Origin: a virus
Taxonomy: Duplodnaviria > Caudoviricetes
Length of the DNA: 32,315 nt
IMG/VR virus record: IMGVR_UViG_3300032290_000098
Coordinates: 1-32,315 of that record
Reading direction: 5' to 3' (one strand)
Each line of letters starts with the position of its first letter. Position 1 is the stretch's first letter. Position numbers and translations under genes: made by a program. Positions 9,332 to 17,393 of the stretch are shown one piece after another. A model generated the notes under the pieces. It had not been told where the DNA came from, ran no database searches, and saw nothing but the letters and a program-made list of their open reading frames with translations.

Positions 9332-10063
9332 CTAGAAATTGCCTGCGTAGACGTTGAACCGCTGCCGCGTGGCGATCAGCGAGTACGGCATCGACATCAC
9401 ATCGTCTGGATTGTTGATGCGCTTTAAGTTGCGCTTGCTGTACATCGCAATGCGCTGCACCTGGGGGCTGGGCTCAACGCCAAACTCAGGCGCGATCTCG
9501 CAGGCCAAGTTGTAGGTGAACGCCCGCAAGTAGCCTGGCGGAAACAGGATGTCCGTGGACAGGTTCGCAGGCTGCGTCAGCTCCTGGACGCTGATAAAGT
9601 GAAACTCCAGCAGCCGCGTCGGGCGCGGGTAGATGTAAATGTCAAAGTCCGGGTAGGTGTTGTTGACGAACATCACCTGCGGGTACGTCGAGGTCACGGT
9701 CTTGACCGCGATGCCGTCGTACTGCTGCTGGTTGATCAGCTTGATGCCATACGACACGCCAGTGCCGGGGTCTTTGAAGTAGGTGGCGTCGTCCACCAGA
9801 ATTGGCCGCACGGCAGTGCCGTTGAGCCGCACCAGCGAGCCGCTGGGGCCAAGAGTCTCGTTGATCGAGCCGGTCGGCCAGTTGACGATCTGGTCAATGG
9901 TGGCAAAGACAGCCAGCCGCTCGGTGTTCCACGAGTCGATCATCTGATTGAGCGCCATCAGGGAGTCCTGAGACACTGAGGCCGATGGCGTTTCGCCCTC
10001 GGCTAGGACGCCTAGCAGCCGCAACGCTCGGTTAATCTGTTCGCCTGCGGTGTAGGTCGCCAT
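9332..10063 (-). CDS. Head-to-tail adaptor, P22 gp4-like
   Basis: 243 aa. TAGEQINRALRLLGVLAEGETPS...ALNQMIDSW and AFTYNLACEIAPEFG motifs. Position between coat and gp10-like genes. Confidence 0.8.
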   Translation of the reverse strand: MATYTAGEQINRALRLLGVLAEGETPSASVSQDSLMALNQMIDSWNTERLAVFATIDQIVNWPTGSINETLGPSGSLVRLNGTAVRPILVDDATYFKDPGTGVSYGIKLINQQQYDGIAVKTVTSTYPQVMFVNNTYPDFDIYIYPRPTRLLEFHFISVQELTQPANLSTDILFPPGYLRAFTYNLACEIAPEFGVEPSPQVQRIAMYSKRNLKRINNPDDVMSMPYSLIATRQRFNVYAGNF

Positions 10064-10064
10064 C

Positions 10065-10265
10065 TTATTCTCCTTCGTCGGGTGTCTCGGCTTTGTTGCG
10101 CCGGCCGCGCCGTGCTACAGGCTCGGGGCTGGCTTCTTCAGCCACTTCTTCAACGGTCTCGAAATTGTACCGCGACCAGCCGTTTTGAACATCCAAATCG
10201 GCTTCCATGTCCATTGTCGCAACCTTAGCGCCGTGGACGGGGTGTGTGAGGTAAATTATTGCCAT
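10065..10265 (-). CDS. Hypothetical protein
   Basis: 66 aa filling the gap in the operon, acidic then basic (RRGRRNK) tail. Confidence 0.7.
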   Translation of the reverse strand: MAIIYLTHPVHGAKVATMDMEADLDVQNGWSRYNFETVEEVAEEASPEPVARRGRRNKAETPDEGE

Positions 10266-10266
10266 A

Positions 10267-10288
10267 AGTGGGGACCGGAGTCCCCACT
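10267..10288 (-). promoter_or_regulatory. 9-bp hairpin (UCCG loop) between the SD and the ATG of the 66-aa gene
   Basis: Minus strand reads TGA AAGG-AGTGGGGAC-TCCG-GTCCCCACT-T-ATG. No U-tract. Confidence 0.7.
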
Positions 10289-10292
10289 CCTT

Positions 10293-10778
10293 TCAGCTTG
10301 CGCAGTGAACAATTGCGAAGTTGATGACAACAGCCTCGGACAGCGACCCGCCCGAAATGTTGCGTAAGGTAATGCTGACTTGACCAGCAGACAAAGCATT
10401 GGCAAATACGTTGTATGAGCCAGGAGTAGCTTGCCCACCAGAAATGGTCAAAATCACCGCGTCGTTGGCGCTAATGGTGCTGTTGTTCAAAACGAACGTC
10501 GCATTGGTAGCGGTTGCCAACGATGCGTTGTTCATTGTGATGCGGCCAGCAGACTTGTCCAGCGTAACCGCCGTAGATTTGCTGGTTGCCTGCGTCACAG
10601 TACCTTGTGCGGCGGCGGTGTAGCCGATTTCGGTTGTAGCGTAAACAGTAGTGCCGACCACGGTTGATGGCGTTGTTGCACCGATTGCGCTGCCGTCAAT
10701 TACTGCACCACTTACAGTGGTGCCAGAAGTCAATTCAGGGTCGCTAAACGCGACGCCTACAGGCTTGGTATTAGGCAT
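10293..10778 (-). CDS. Capsid decoration / short fibre protein
   Basis: 161 aa, Thr/Ala/Ser-rich. C-terminal domain paralogous to 8724..9323. AAGGA SD. Confidence 0.65.
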   Translation of the reverse strand: MPNTKPVGVAFSDPELTSGTTVSGAVIDGSAIGATTPSTVVGTTVYATTEIGYTAAAQGTVTQATSKSTAVTLDKSAGRITMNNASLATATNATFVLNNSTISANDAVILTISGGQATPGSYNVFANALSAGQVSITLRNISGGSLSEAVVINFAIVHCAS

Positions 10779-10790
10779 GTTCTATCCTTT

Positions 10791-10815
10791 AAAAATGGGG
10801 GCCGAAGCCCCCATT
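10791..10815 (-). terminator. Rho-independent terminator (UUCG tetraloop)
   Basis: Minus strand AATGGGGGC-TTCG-GCCCCCATT-TTT. Confidence 0.75.
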
Positions 10816-10819
10816 AGGT

Positions 10820-11230
10820 TTAGGCCACTTTGTACACAGTGTACGCAGCGTCGCCGGTTTTGCGGAACCGGAACAGTGCGCTAGATGTAACAGCCACGAC
10901 GGTGAAGGCGTTGCCGCCGTCAGTGATGCCAGTAGCGGTTGCCAACGTTGCGGTGCCCGAGCTGGTGCCGATGTTAACCAGCGACAGATCAAACGTGCTG
11001 CCAACGGTAGCGTTGGGCACGGCTGCGTCGATCAACGCAGCGGTGGGCAAAGTGTAGGTAGCAGCAGCACCAGAACCGGGGTTTGCAACCAGCATCTGAC
11101 TGACCACTTGAGCGGCGGTCAGAGTTGCGGTTGTAGTTGCGGTCTGCGGTGCAGCCATTGCACTCATGAGGGTTTCTTGACGGTTACCAGCACCGACTTG
11201 ATAACCACCTGCGCCATTAGGGAGAGCCAT
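10820..11230 (-). CDS. Probable capsid decoration/cement protein
   Basis: 136 aa, Ala/Thr-rich beta protein immediately after the coat gene, strong AAAGGA SD. Confidence 0.65.
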   Translation of the reverse strand: MALPNGAGGYQVGAGNRQETLMSAMAAPQTATTTATLTAAQVVSQMLVANPGSGAAATYTLPTAALIDAAVPNATVGSTFDLSLVNIGTSSGTATLATATGITDGGNAFTVVAVTSSALFRFRKTGDAAYTVYKVA

Positions 11231-11257
11231 GATGAAATCCTTTCAAAATAAATGTGT

Positions 11258-11280
11258 AGAAGGGGGCCGAAGCCCCCATT
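11258..11280 (-). terminator. Hairpin after the coat gene (weak terminator or mRNA stabiliser)
   Basis: Minus strand GGGGGC-TTCG-GCCCCC-TTCT. 19 nt identical to 10797-10815. Confidence 0.6.
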
Positions 11281-11283
11281 CAA

Positions 11284-12492
11284 TCAGCCCCAGAGGCGAA
11301 CGCCCATCTGAGGACGAATCACGCTGTAGCCGTACAGCACGTCAATACGGCAGGGCATACGGTCGTTGTTGATGTCGTACTGACGGACAACGCGCAGGCT
11401 GATGCCATTGTGAACGGCGCGAGCGGCCATGTCCACGCCTTGGGGCAGGAGCAGGTCGGCGGTAGCGAAGGTGATCGCATCCTTGTGGTACACCAAGTTC
11501 TGGGCGTACTGGCTGGAAGCAGCACCAACGAACACCACGGCTTTGCTGTTTTGCGGCAGCACGTCCACGGTAGCCAAAGCGTGGTTGGCAGAGTACATCG
11601 GGGTCACGGTGATGTTGCCAGCGCCAGAGCCGTTCAGGGTCACGTCAGCGGCTGCGACGAACTGGAACAGCGAACCAGTGGATTCACGGGTTTGCGGGTT
11701 CACAGCGTAGCAGTCAGCAACGGTAAACACATCGCCGGTCCGAACAGTAGCGCTTGCGCCAGCGCCGGTGATGGCGATGGTGGTTGCGCCTTCAGCAGTC
11801 ACAGCAGCGGACAAGGTGCCGCCAGTAGCGGTACGCGAGCCGGTGGTGAACTGCTTGATCGACTGAGACATGTTGATCTCGTCAAAGCCCAACACGCCCA
11901 TGCCCATCATGCCGTTCTTGAACTGCTTGCTGATGGTGTCGGTGGGGTTGAACAGACCTTTCATGCCTTCGACCAAACCAGCGTTAGCAGCCGGGTTGAC
12001 GGTGGCGTAGCGAGGCGACATCACAGCAGCGTTCTCGTTGAGCTTCTGCTGAGCTTGCAGCAGAACCAGCGAGGTGGCGGGAGTGGTGCCAGGGGTGCCA
12101 ACGGTGTTGCCGATGTACTTGTAGCTGTTTGCCACGTCAGCGTCGATGCTGGAGGCCAACTGGCTGATACGAGGCTTCAGAACACGCTCTGCGAAGTCGT
12201 CCAACTGCATGGTCAGTTCGGCAGACGTGAAGTTCACGCCGATGTGCTTCTGCGAAGACACAGTCAGGGTGGTGAACTGCTCGTTGTCGTCCTGCACTTG
12301 CAGGGCAGCACCGTCGGTGACCAGAGCGCGGTCAGGCAGACGGATACGCAGGGTCGAACCAATCTTGGCACCTTCAACAGCAAAGCTGTCGTCGTACTGA
12401 CGGTTCACGTTACGGGTGAGCACCAGGTTGTTCTCAAGGATTTCGAGAGCCTTCCGGGTGATCATGTCAATGGTAAGAATGCTATTAGCCAT
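11284..12492 (-). CDS. Major capsid protein, P22 gp5 family
   Basis: 402 aa. MANSILTIDMITRKALEILENNL, KIGSTLRIRLP, NLVYHKDAITFATADL and CRIDVLYG motifs. Highly biased codon usage. AAAGGA SD. Confidence 0.92.
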   Translation of the reverse strand: MANSILTIDMITRKALEILENNLVLTRNVNRQYDDSFAVEGAKIGSTLRIRLPDRALVTDGAALQVQDDNEQFTTLTVSSQKHIGVNFTSAELTMQLDDFAERVLKPRISQLASSIDADVANSYKYIGNTVGTPGTTPATSLVLLQAQQKLNENAAVMSPRYATVNPAANAGLVEGMKGLFNPTDTISKQFKNGMMGMGVLGFDEINMSQSIKQFTTGSRTATGGTLSAAVTAEGATTIAITGAGASATVRTGDVFTVADCYAVNPQTRESTGSLFQFVAAADVTLNGSGAGNITVTPMYSANHALATVDVLPQNSKAVVFVGAASSQYAQNLVYHKDAITFATADLLLPQGVDMAARAVHNGISLRVVRQYDINNDRMPCRIDVLYGYSVIRPQMGVRLWG

Positions 12493-12513
12493 TTCGGCGG
12501 TCCTTTCAAAGTT

Positions 12514-13305
12514 TTAGCGGTTCATTTGTGCTTGCAGCTTCTTCATCTGCCGGGCACGTTCAGCTTCAATCCACTGCGAATCAGTCATGGTCTTCGTCGA
12601 GCGAGGATCAGTCGTGTCGTAGGACGGGCTTCCACTGGTGCGTGCGGTAACAGGCGAAATAGGCGCAGGCGCAGACGTAGTCGGTTTCACAAGAGGATTG
12701 GAGCCAAGTTTGGCCTCAATCTTCCCAATCTCTCGGGCCTGCAAAAGAGGTGCCAAGCGGGAAATGCGATCAGCTTCCTTCGGGTTGGTTCCCAGCCAGT
12801 AGGCTAGGTCCGGCCCCATGTCGGACGCCTTGATTGTCTCGGCCATCACGTCAGTGACTCGAAGCTGCGGGTTGTAGGCGACTTGTTCAAAGTCGTCGTA
12901 CTTGGCCCTAGCCTCTTCCTCACGGTCGTGGTAAGCGTCGTTAATCTCAGCCTGCTGCCGTTGGAAATCTCGCTGCGCGATCAGTTCTTCAGCCTTTCTG
13001 ACAGCCAGCGCTTCCGCGTAGGCATCAGGGGACTCAAACTGGTCGATAGGCGGGACTTCTCTTGGCGCTTGCGGTTGGGCAAGTTTGGCCTGCTGCTCAC
13101 GCTCCCATTTGCGCTGCTCTCGGGCAAGGCGCTTGCTAATCATCGCGTCGATCTCGGCCTGGGAAAACTTTTTCTCCTCGGGCGTTTGCTCGTTGCTTTG
13201 TTCAGCTACTTCCGGCGCGTTTTGTGCAGTGTCCGTGGTGGCCGTCACCTCGGCTGCTGGCGCGGATTCAACTTCCGCTAAGGCTTGTTGGACTTCTTCA
13301 GTCAT
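12514..13305 (-). CDS. Scaffolding protein
   Basis: Acidic, helical, precedes the coat gene. FSQAEID, MGPDLAYWLGTNPKEADRI, APAPISPV and a C-terminal helix. Start may be 13305 or 13317. Confidence 0.8.
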   Translation of the reverse strand: MTEEVQQALAEVESAPAAEVTATTDTAQNAPEVAEQSNEQTPEEKKFSQAEIDAMISKRLAREQRKWEREQQAKLAQPQAPREVPPIDQFESPDAYAEALAVRKAEELIAQRDFQRQQAEINDAYHDREEEARAKYDDFEQVAYNPQLRVTDVMAETIKASDMGPDLAYWLGTNPKEADRISRLAPLLQAREIGKIEAKLGSNPLVKPTTSAPAPISPVTARTSGSPSYDTTDPRSTKTMTDSQWIEAERARQMKKLQAQMNR

Positions 13306-13358
13306 TTCTTGTTCCATTGGAACCCTGGTCTACCGGGCCAGTACAGGTTGTGCCGCTA

Positions 13359-13736
13359 TTATGCGGCAGATTCTGGGGCGGGCGCAACTGTCACCCAAGG
13401 CAGCATTGGCGATACGGCACGTTGTGCCAGTTGCAACTCAACTTTTGCAGAAACAAACGCTTCAACGTCAGTTTTTAAGTTCTTGGTGATTGTCTCAATA
13501 ACAGCGCCTTTTTCATCTTTAAGTTCTGTTACTTGCGGAGTGAAACACCAGCCGAGTACTTGCTCTTCGGTCAACTGGTTGAACGCAATAATTGTGTCGC
13601 TGGGTTGCAAAACCCTAGTCGTTTGATGAGTCTCAGACGCTCCATCTTTGACTGCTGTGCAACTCAAGAATACTGTCTGAATTAGATTGTTATCGCCAAC
13701 TGTGTTGACTTTATCAACTGTCCATTTGAAGTTCAT
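13359..13736 (-). CDS. Small fibre/spike-associated protein
   Basis: 125 aa. FKWTV...IAFNQLTEEQVLGW...LPW pattern of small proteins that follow fibre genes. AAGGA SD. Confidence 0.6.
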   Translation of the reverse strand: MNFKWTVDKVNTVGDNNLIQTVFLSCTAVKDGASETHQTTRVLQPSDTIIAFNQLTEEQVLGWCFTPQVTELKDEKGAVIETITKNLKTDVEAFVSAKVELQLAQRAVSPMLPWVTVAPAPESAA

Positions 13737-13754
13737 TTCAGTGTTCCTTTGAAT

Positions 13755-15338
13755 TTAAGCGAGTGATCGGTTGCCGACGAATGTCATGCCAACAGCGACT
13801 TGGTTTCCAGATGTATCCGTGAAGCGCAAAACTCCACTAGACGGAACAGTGATTGTGAACGCAGCGCCGCCGCCAGAACCATCTTGAGACGCGACGCTGG
13901 TGATGCTTGCGGTCGTACCGTAGCAGAACACGGTGTAAATTTGTCTGCGTGATTGTGTTGGCGCATTGACACGGGTTGACGACACATACAAGTGACCAAC
14001 AAACCCAGAACCATTACCCAAGTAATCTCCGAGATTTAGCGTCAAGTCCAGTGTTCCGGCTGCATTAACAAGTTGGTTTACTGTTGCGTTAATCCCGCAG
14101 TAAGACGCAGCTTGCGATGGGTTAGCATCGCCCGTCAACTGAATGCCCGATGAGTTTATGTTTGGTGCTGGAAGAATGCCCACGTTGCCAGTAAACTGAT
14201 TGTTTCCAGCAATGATAAAGCCTGTGGATTGATAGGCGCCTTTGACTGTTTCTCCGGTTATAGAGTTGGATTCTGGAGTAAACCCGCCACCAGATGCCAA
14301 CCGCACAGCAACGCCAGGGTTTGTACGCGCATCGTCAATCAAGTGCGAGTTTCCGCTGATCGTGCAACCAGAGACTGGAATGGTGTTGCACTCCAGTCGA
14401 ATGTCGTCCCAAAAGTTATCTGCTGCGTTGTTCTTCCAGAAGTTGTTTCCTGTGATTGACCACGATGTTGCGTCTTTTGCCCAGATGCCGTGGTAGTCGC
14501 AACCCCAGAACGTGTTGTCTGCAATCACAACAGCAATTGCTTGCTCTAAGCAAAGAACACCATAGCCAGTGTCAAGCAATGGGTTGCCATCAAACTCGTT
14601 TCCGATGATTCGGATTTGATTTAAAGACGCGCCGTCCAACCAAATACCGCCCTCGTACTTTGAGCAAATAATGCCGACCACATTTTCAATTGCAATTGCG
14701 CCAGAAGATCCACCATCTAATCTGAGGCGAATTGCAAATTGGCGAGTGTGGCCCCACACAAAACCACCATTGACAACGGAGTCTGTGATGTTGCGGAAAT
14801 ACACTGAGTTGTTCTGAATGAAGCAATCATCAAGTCGGTTGCAAAACGCCGAGGCGGTTGAGCTTGGTGGGCGATCCAACCAAACTCCGCCCACGTTGGT
14901 GTTTGAATATTGATTGTCATTGTGACCAGACTTAACGCGAACGCGGGTCAAGTTGCAAAAACTTGGGTTTTGCAAATGGATGTCGTATTTGGTGGTCGCA
15001 GTGCTTACGGTTTTATTGATGAAAAAATCAATAAACCTAGCGCCAAAAATAGCGGTGCTAATTGTGGTGGTTGCGCTGTTAATGACCTCAATGTCAGTGT
15101 TGACTAAAAGCTGAGACGAGTCACCCTCACCTTGGATGATGATGTTGTCTTTGGTCACGATGGGCGCAGTAATTAAATACGTGCCCTTGGGAATAAACAC
15201 CACGCCGCTGGTAATGCTGTCAATTGCGGCTTGAATGTTTGACTGGCTGGCTGCTACACCAGTCGGGTCGGCTCCGAAGTCAAGGATGTTGACCACGGCG
15301 CCCGTGATCATTGAGTAGGATGCTTTGGTGAGTGCCAT
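13755..15338 (-). CDS. Tailspike with right-handed beta-helix (pectate-lyase-like), probable polysaccharide-binding/depolymerase
   Basis: 527 aa. VNILDFGADPTG...IQAAID...VFIPKGTY start of the beta-helix, repeated I-x-G/D-N-x-F rungs, AT-richer than the core genes. Confidence 0.85.
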   Translation of the reverse strand: MALTKASYSMITGAVVNILDFGADPTGVAASQSNIQAAIDSITSGVVFIPKGTYLITAPIVTKDNIIIQGEGDSSQLLVNTDIEVINSATTTISTAIFGARFIDFFINKTVSTATTKYDIHLQNPSFCNLTRVRVKSGHNDNQYSNTNVGGVWLDRPPSSTASAFCNRLDDCFIQNNSVYFRNITDSVVNGGFVWGHTRQFAIRLRLDGGSSGAIAIENVVGIICSKYEGGIWLDGASLNQIRIIGNEFDGNPLLDTGYGVLCLEQAIAVVIADNTFWGCDYHGIWAKDATSWSITGNNFWKNNAADNFWDDIRLECNTIPVSGCTISGNSHLIDDARTNPGVAVRLASGGGFTPESNSITGETVKGAYQSTGFIIAGNNQFTGNVGILPAPNINSSGIQLTGDANPSQAASYCGINATVNQLVNAAGTLDLTLNLGDYLGNGSGFVGHLYVSSTRVNAPTQSRRQIYTVFCYGTTASITSVASQDGSGGGAAFTITVPSSGVLRFTDTSGNQVAVGMTFVGNRSLA

Positions 15339-15348
15339 TGGTCAATCC

Positions 15349-15882
15349 TTAACCAGCGGAACGTGAACCGCTAAAAGTAATGTAAACAGATTTTGTGGAA
15401 CCATCGCCGGATGTGTCGGTATAGCGAACCGTACCAGCGGAAGGCATGGTCAGCGTAAATGCTGGGCCACCGCCTGAACCATCCTGAATATGCAATTGCG
15501 TTGTGGTTAAGGTTGAACCATAAGCGGCAGCACCATAAACTACCCTTCTAGACTGCGGCGTAAAATTGTCACGTGTGTAACTTAGGCTTAGTATGCCGAC
15601 AAAACCATTGGCATCAATCGCCAAATCCAAAGTTCCACCAGCGGCGACGGTTGCGCTTGTCTGCAAAAACAAACCACCGCTGCTTGATACACCCTTGTTG
15701 GCTGTGCTGATTGTCAAATCGCCCGTGGATGCGGTCAGACTTGATGCACTGATTGCACGACCAGCAGTCAAGTTGGCAACGCTGACCTTGACCGTTGCGC
15801 CGCCTTGAACGATTGGCAAAACCTCGGTGCCAGCAAGCGGCGTTGTTGACGCGGGGAGTGCTGAGATTTTGGTATCGGCCAT
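15349..15882 (-). CDS. Short fibre protein: ISALP-type anchor plus domain paralogous to the tailspike C-terminus
   Basis: 177 aa. MADTKISALPASTTPLAGTEVLPIVQGGATVKV, then a C-terminal domain that aligns by eye with the last ~105 aa of 13755..15338. Confidence 0.7.
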   Translation of the reverse strand: MADTKISALPASTTPLAGTEVLPIVQGGATVKVSVANLTAGRAISASSLTASTGDLTISTANKGVSSSGGLFLQTSATVAAGGTLDLAIDANGFVGILSLSYTRDNFTPQSRRVVYGAAAYGSTLTTTQLHIQDGSGGGPAFTLTMPSAGTVRYTDTSGDGSTKSVYITFSGSRSAG

Positions 15883-15891
15883 GATTGTTTC

Positions 15892-16395
15892 TTAGACGTA
15901 GTTGACTTCGATTGAAGAAGTAACTGGAGGTGCTTCTGAGAATGTAAGCACAGCGCCCGCAATGCTGTACGTGTTCTTTTGCTGGTACACGCCGTTGATG
16001 TACACGTTGGTGGCGTTCTCGCCTGCGGGAGCGCTCGCCAACGTAAACGCAACAGTGGAGCCGTTACCCGTAAAGTTGGCAATGATTGCAGTAGCATTAA
16101 AGCTGCTGCCCACATTGTCATACGTTGCGATTGTGACTTCGGCACTCGTCTTTAGCACAAACTTGTAAAGCCGCAACTGATTCCAAATCTCGCCGCCGCT
16201 AGGCACTCGGCCAGCAGCGTCCAACACAATGGGGTTTGTGTGGGCCGTAGCGCCCGTGCTTGAAGTGTACGTAGCCAGCGGGGTGGTTGTCCCCGCCTCG
16301 TAGCTGTAGATTTTACCGCCCGTCAGGACATTGCCGCTGTTGTCAAAAAACTGGGCGCCAACACCGCCAAATGTTGAAAGCGATACTGCGGGCAT
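15892..16395 (-). CDS. Spike adaptor: virion-binding N-domain plus small beta-sandwich docking domain
   Basis: 167 aa. QFFDNSGNVLTGGKIYSYEAGTTTPLATY...NPIVLDAAGR (tailspike head-binding-type N-terminus), then FTGNGSTVAFTL...VYINGVYQ...LTFSEAPP. Confidence 0.7.
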   Translation of the reverse strand: MPAVSLSTFGGVGAQFFDNSGNVLTGGKIYSYEAGTTTPLATYTSSTGATAHTNPIVLDAAGRVPSGGEIWNQLRLYKFVLKTSAEVTIATYDNVGSSFNATAIIANFTGNGSTVAFTLASAPAGENATNVYINGVYQQKNTYSIAGAVLTFSEAPPVTSSIEVNYV

Positions 16396-16404
16396 GGTGT
16401 GTCC

Positions 16405-16893
16405 TTACGCGCTGAGCGCGGCAACTTTGTCCTGGAAGGCTTTGACGCGAGCCTCAAGTGCGGCGGTCTGGTCTGCCAACGCGGCTTGTTGTTGGGCCAG
16501 TTGTTCTTGGTCTTTGGTTAGCGCAGCTTCAGCCGTTGCAACTTGTTTTTCACGCGCTGCCACTGCTTTTTCCCGTGCGATTGCATCGTTTGATGCCGCC
16601 GAGGCGGCGTCGTTCAGTTTGCTGGCGTTTGCTTGAGCTTCGGCCAGCGCCTGTGTAGCCGCATCACGGTCAGCTTTTGCGTCAACTTTGATGCTTGCAG
16701 CTTCTGCCTTAGCGGCTTCTAGCTCGCGCCTGGCCGCATCGCGGTCTTTGATTGCGTCTTGAGCAGCCGACAAGGCGCCTTGGCGCACGGCTAGTTCGTC
16801 ACGCAACGCGGCCATCGTAGCTAGGTCAATAGGCAACTGCTTGGTGAAGTACTCAACGTAGTTCAGCGCCGGGGTGTCATTGGAAATTTGCAT
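16405..16893 (-). CDS. Coiled-coil protein of unknown function
   Basis: Start re-called at 16893 (GAGG SD, MQISNDTP...). Ala/Gln/Lys-rich heptads throughout. Confidence 0.7.
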   Translation of the reverse strand: MQISNDTPALNYVEYFTKQLPIDLATMAALRDELAVRQGALSAAQDAIKDRDAARRELEAAKAEAASIKVDAKADRDAATQALAEAQANASKLNDAASAASNDAIAREKAVAAREKQVATAEAALTKDQEQLAQQQAALADQTAALEARVKAFQDKVAALSA

Positions 16894-16903
16894 GATGACC
16901 TCG

Positions 16904-17209
16904 TCAAGAGTAATAGGTAATGTTGAGCTTGGCCCCAGCAGTTTGCTCAATGAACTGAATCTGAGACAGGTCACCATCGTACTGCAAAGTGACGCCAGCG
17001 GCCAGCGGCATTCCAACCGAAGCCGTGGGGGCTACATTGTCATCGCGCCAGCGCACATTTTGCGTTTCAGGGGTGATGATAGCAATGCGGGGCGTGCCTA
17101 CCAGGCCGTTTAAGTCACGTTGAGGGACTGTCAGTCGAGTCGCCGAGCTAAGACTTGTTATCTGCTGGTAGCCCATCACTGACGTGATTGCTTTGAGGTT
17201 GATCGCCAT
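16904..17209 (-). CDS. Small beta-rich virion protein
   Basis: 101 aa, GYQQITSLSSA...VRWRDDNVAPTASVGMPL. AGGAG SD and TAATG coupling. Confidence 0.7.
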   Translation of the reverse strand: MAINLKAITSVMGYQQITSLSSATRLTVPQRDLNGLVGTPRIAIITPETQNVRWRDDNVAPTASVGMPLAAGVTLQYDGDLSQIQFIEQTAGAKLNITYYS

Positions 17210-17328
17210 TAAAATCTCCTACGTTCAGTGAATGACCGCAACTTGATCAAAAGTTGCTCAGTTGCTTGCACAATGCCGGCAAAGAAGCCGCCGGCAAAAA
17301 AATTCCCGCCAAAAAAGGGGCCGCTCAT
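17209..17328 (-). CDS. 39-aa Phe/Gly-rich peptide
   Basis: Not in the ORF track. MSGPFFGGNFFAGGFFAGIVQATEQLLIKLRSFTERRRF. Stop overlaps the next start (TAATG). Confidence 0.6.
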   Translation of the reverse strand: MSGPFFGGNFFAGGFFAGIVQATEQLLIKLRSFTERRRF

Positions 17329-17393
17329 ATGTCAATTTTCGCCGGTTTTTGGCGTATTTTCAACCCAAATTTTAGCGCTTGTGCTTTGACCAT
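17325..17393 (-). CDS. Possible 22-aa coupling peptide
   Basis: MVKAQALKFGLKIRQKPAKIDI. TGATG overlap upstream and ATGA overlap downstream. Confidence 0.35.
   Translation of the reverse strand: MVKAQALKFGLKIRQKPAKIDI

Noticed and set aside
11410-12807. 465-aa plus-strand ORF opposite the coat and scaffold genes (similarly 19864..20766, 22184..23275, 27894..28688, 28737..29561)
   Set aside because: Antisense shadows of GC3-biased genes. No SD or recognisable motifs, and no codon anomaly in the sense gene.
13755-15660. Duplicated C-terminal domain considered as a DGR template/variable repeat pair
   Set aside because: Both copies are coding and diverged at all bases with indels, not adenine-specific. 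No reverse transcriptase in the window.
16894-17016. N-terminal extension of the 203-aa ORF
   Set aside because: It overlaps the real 16904..17209 gene. A GAGG SD supports the start at 16893.
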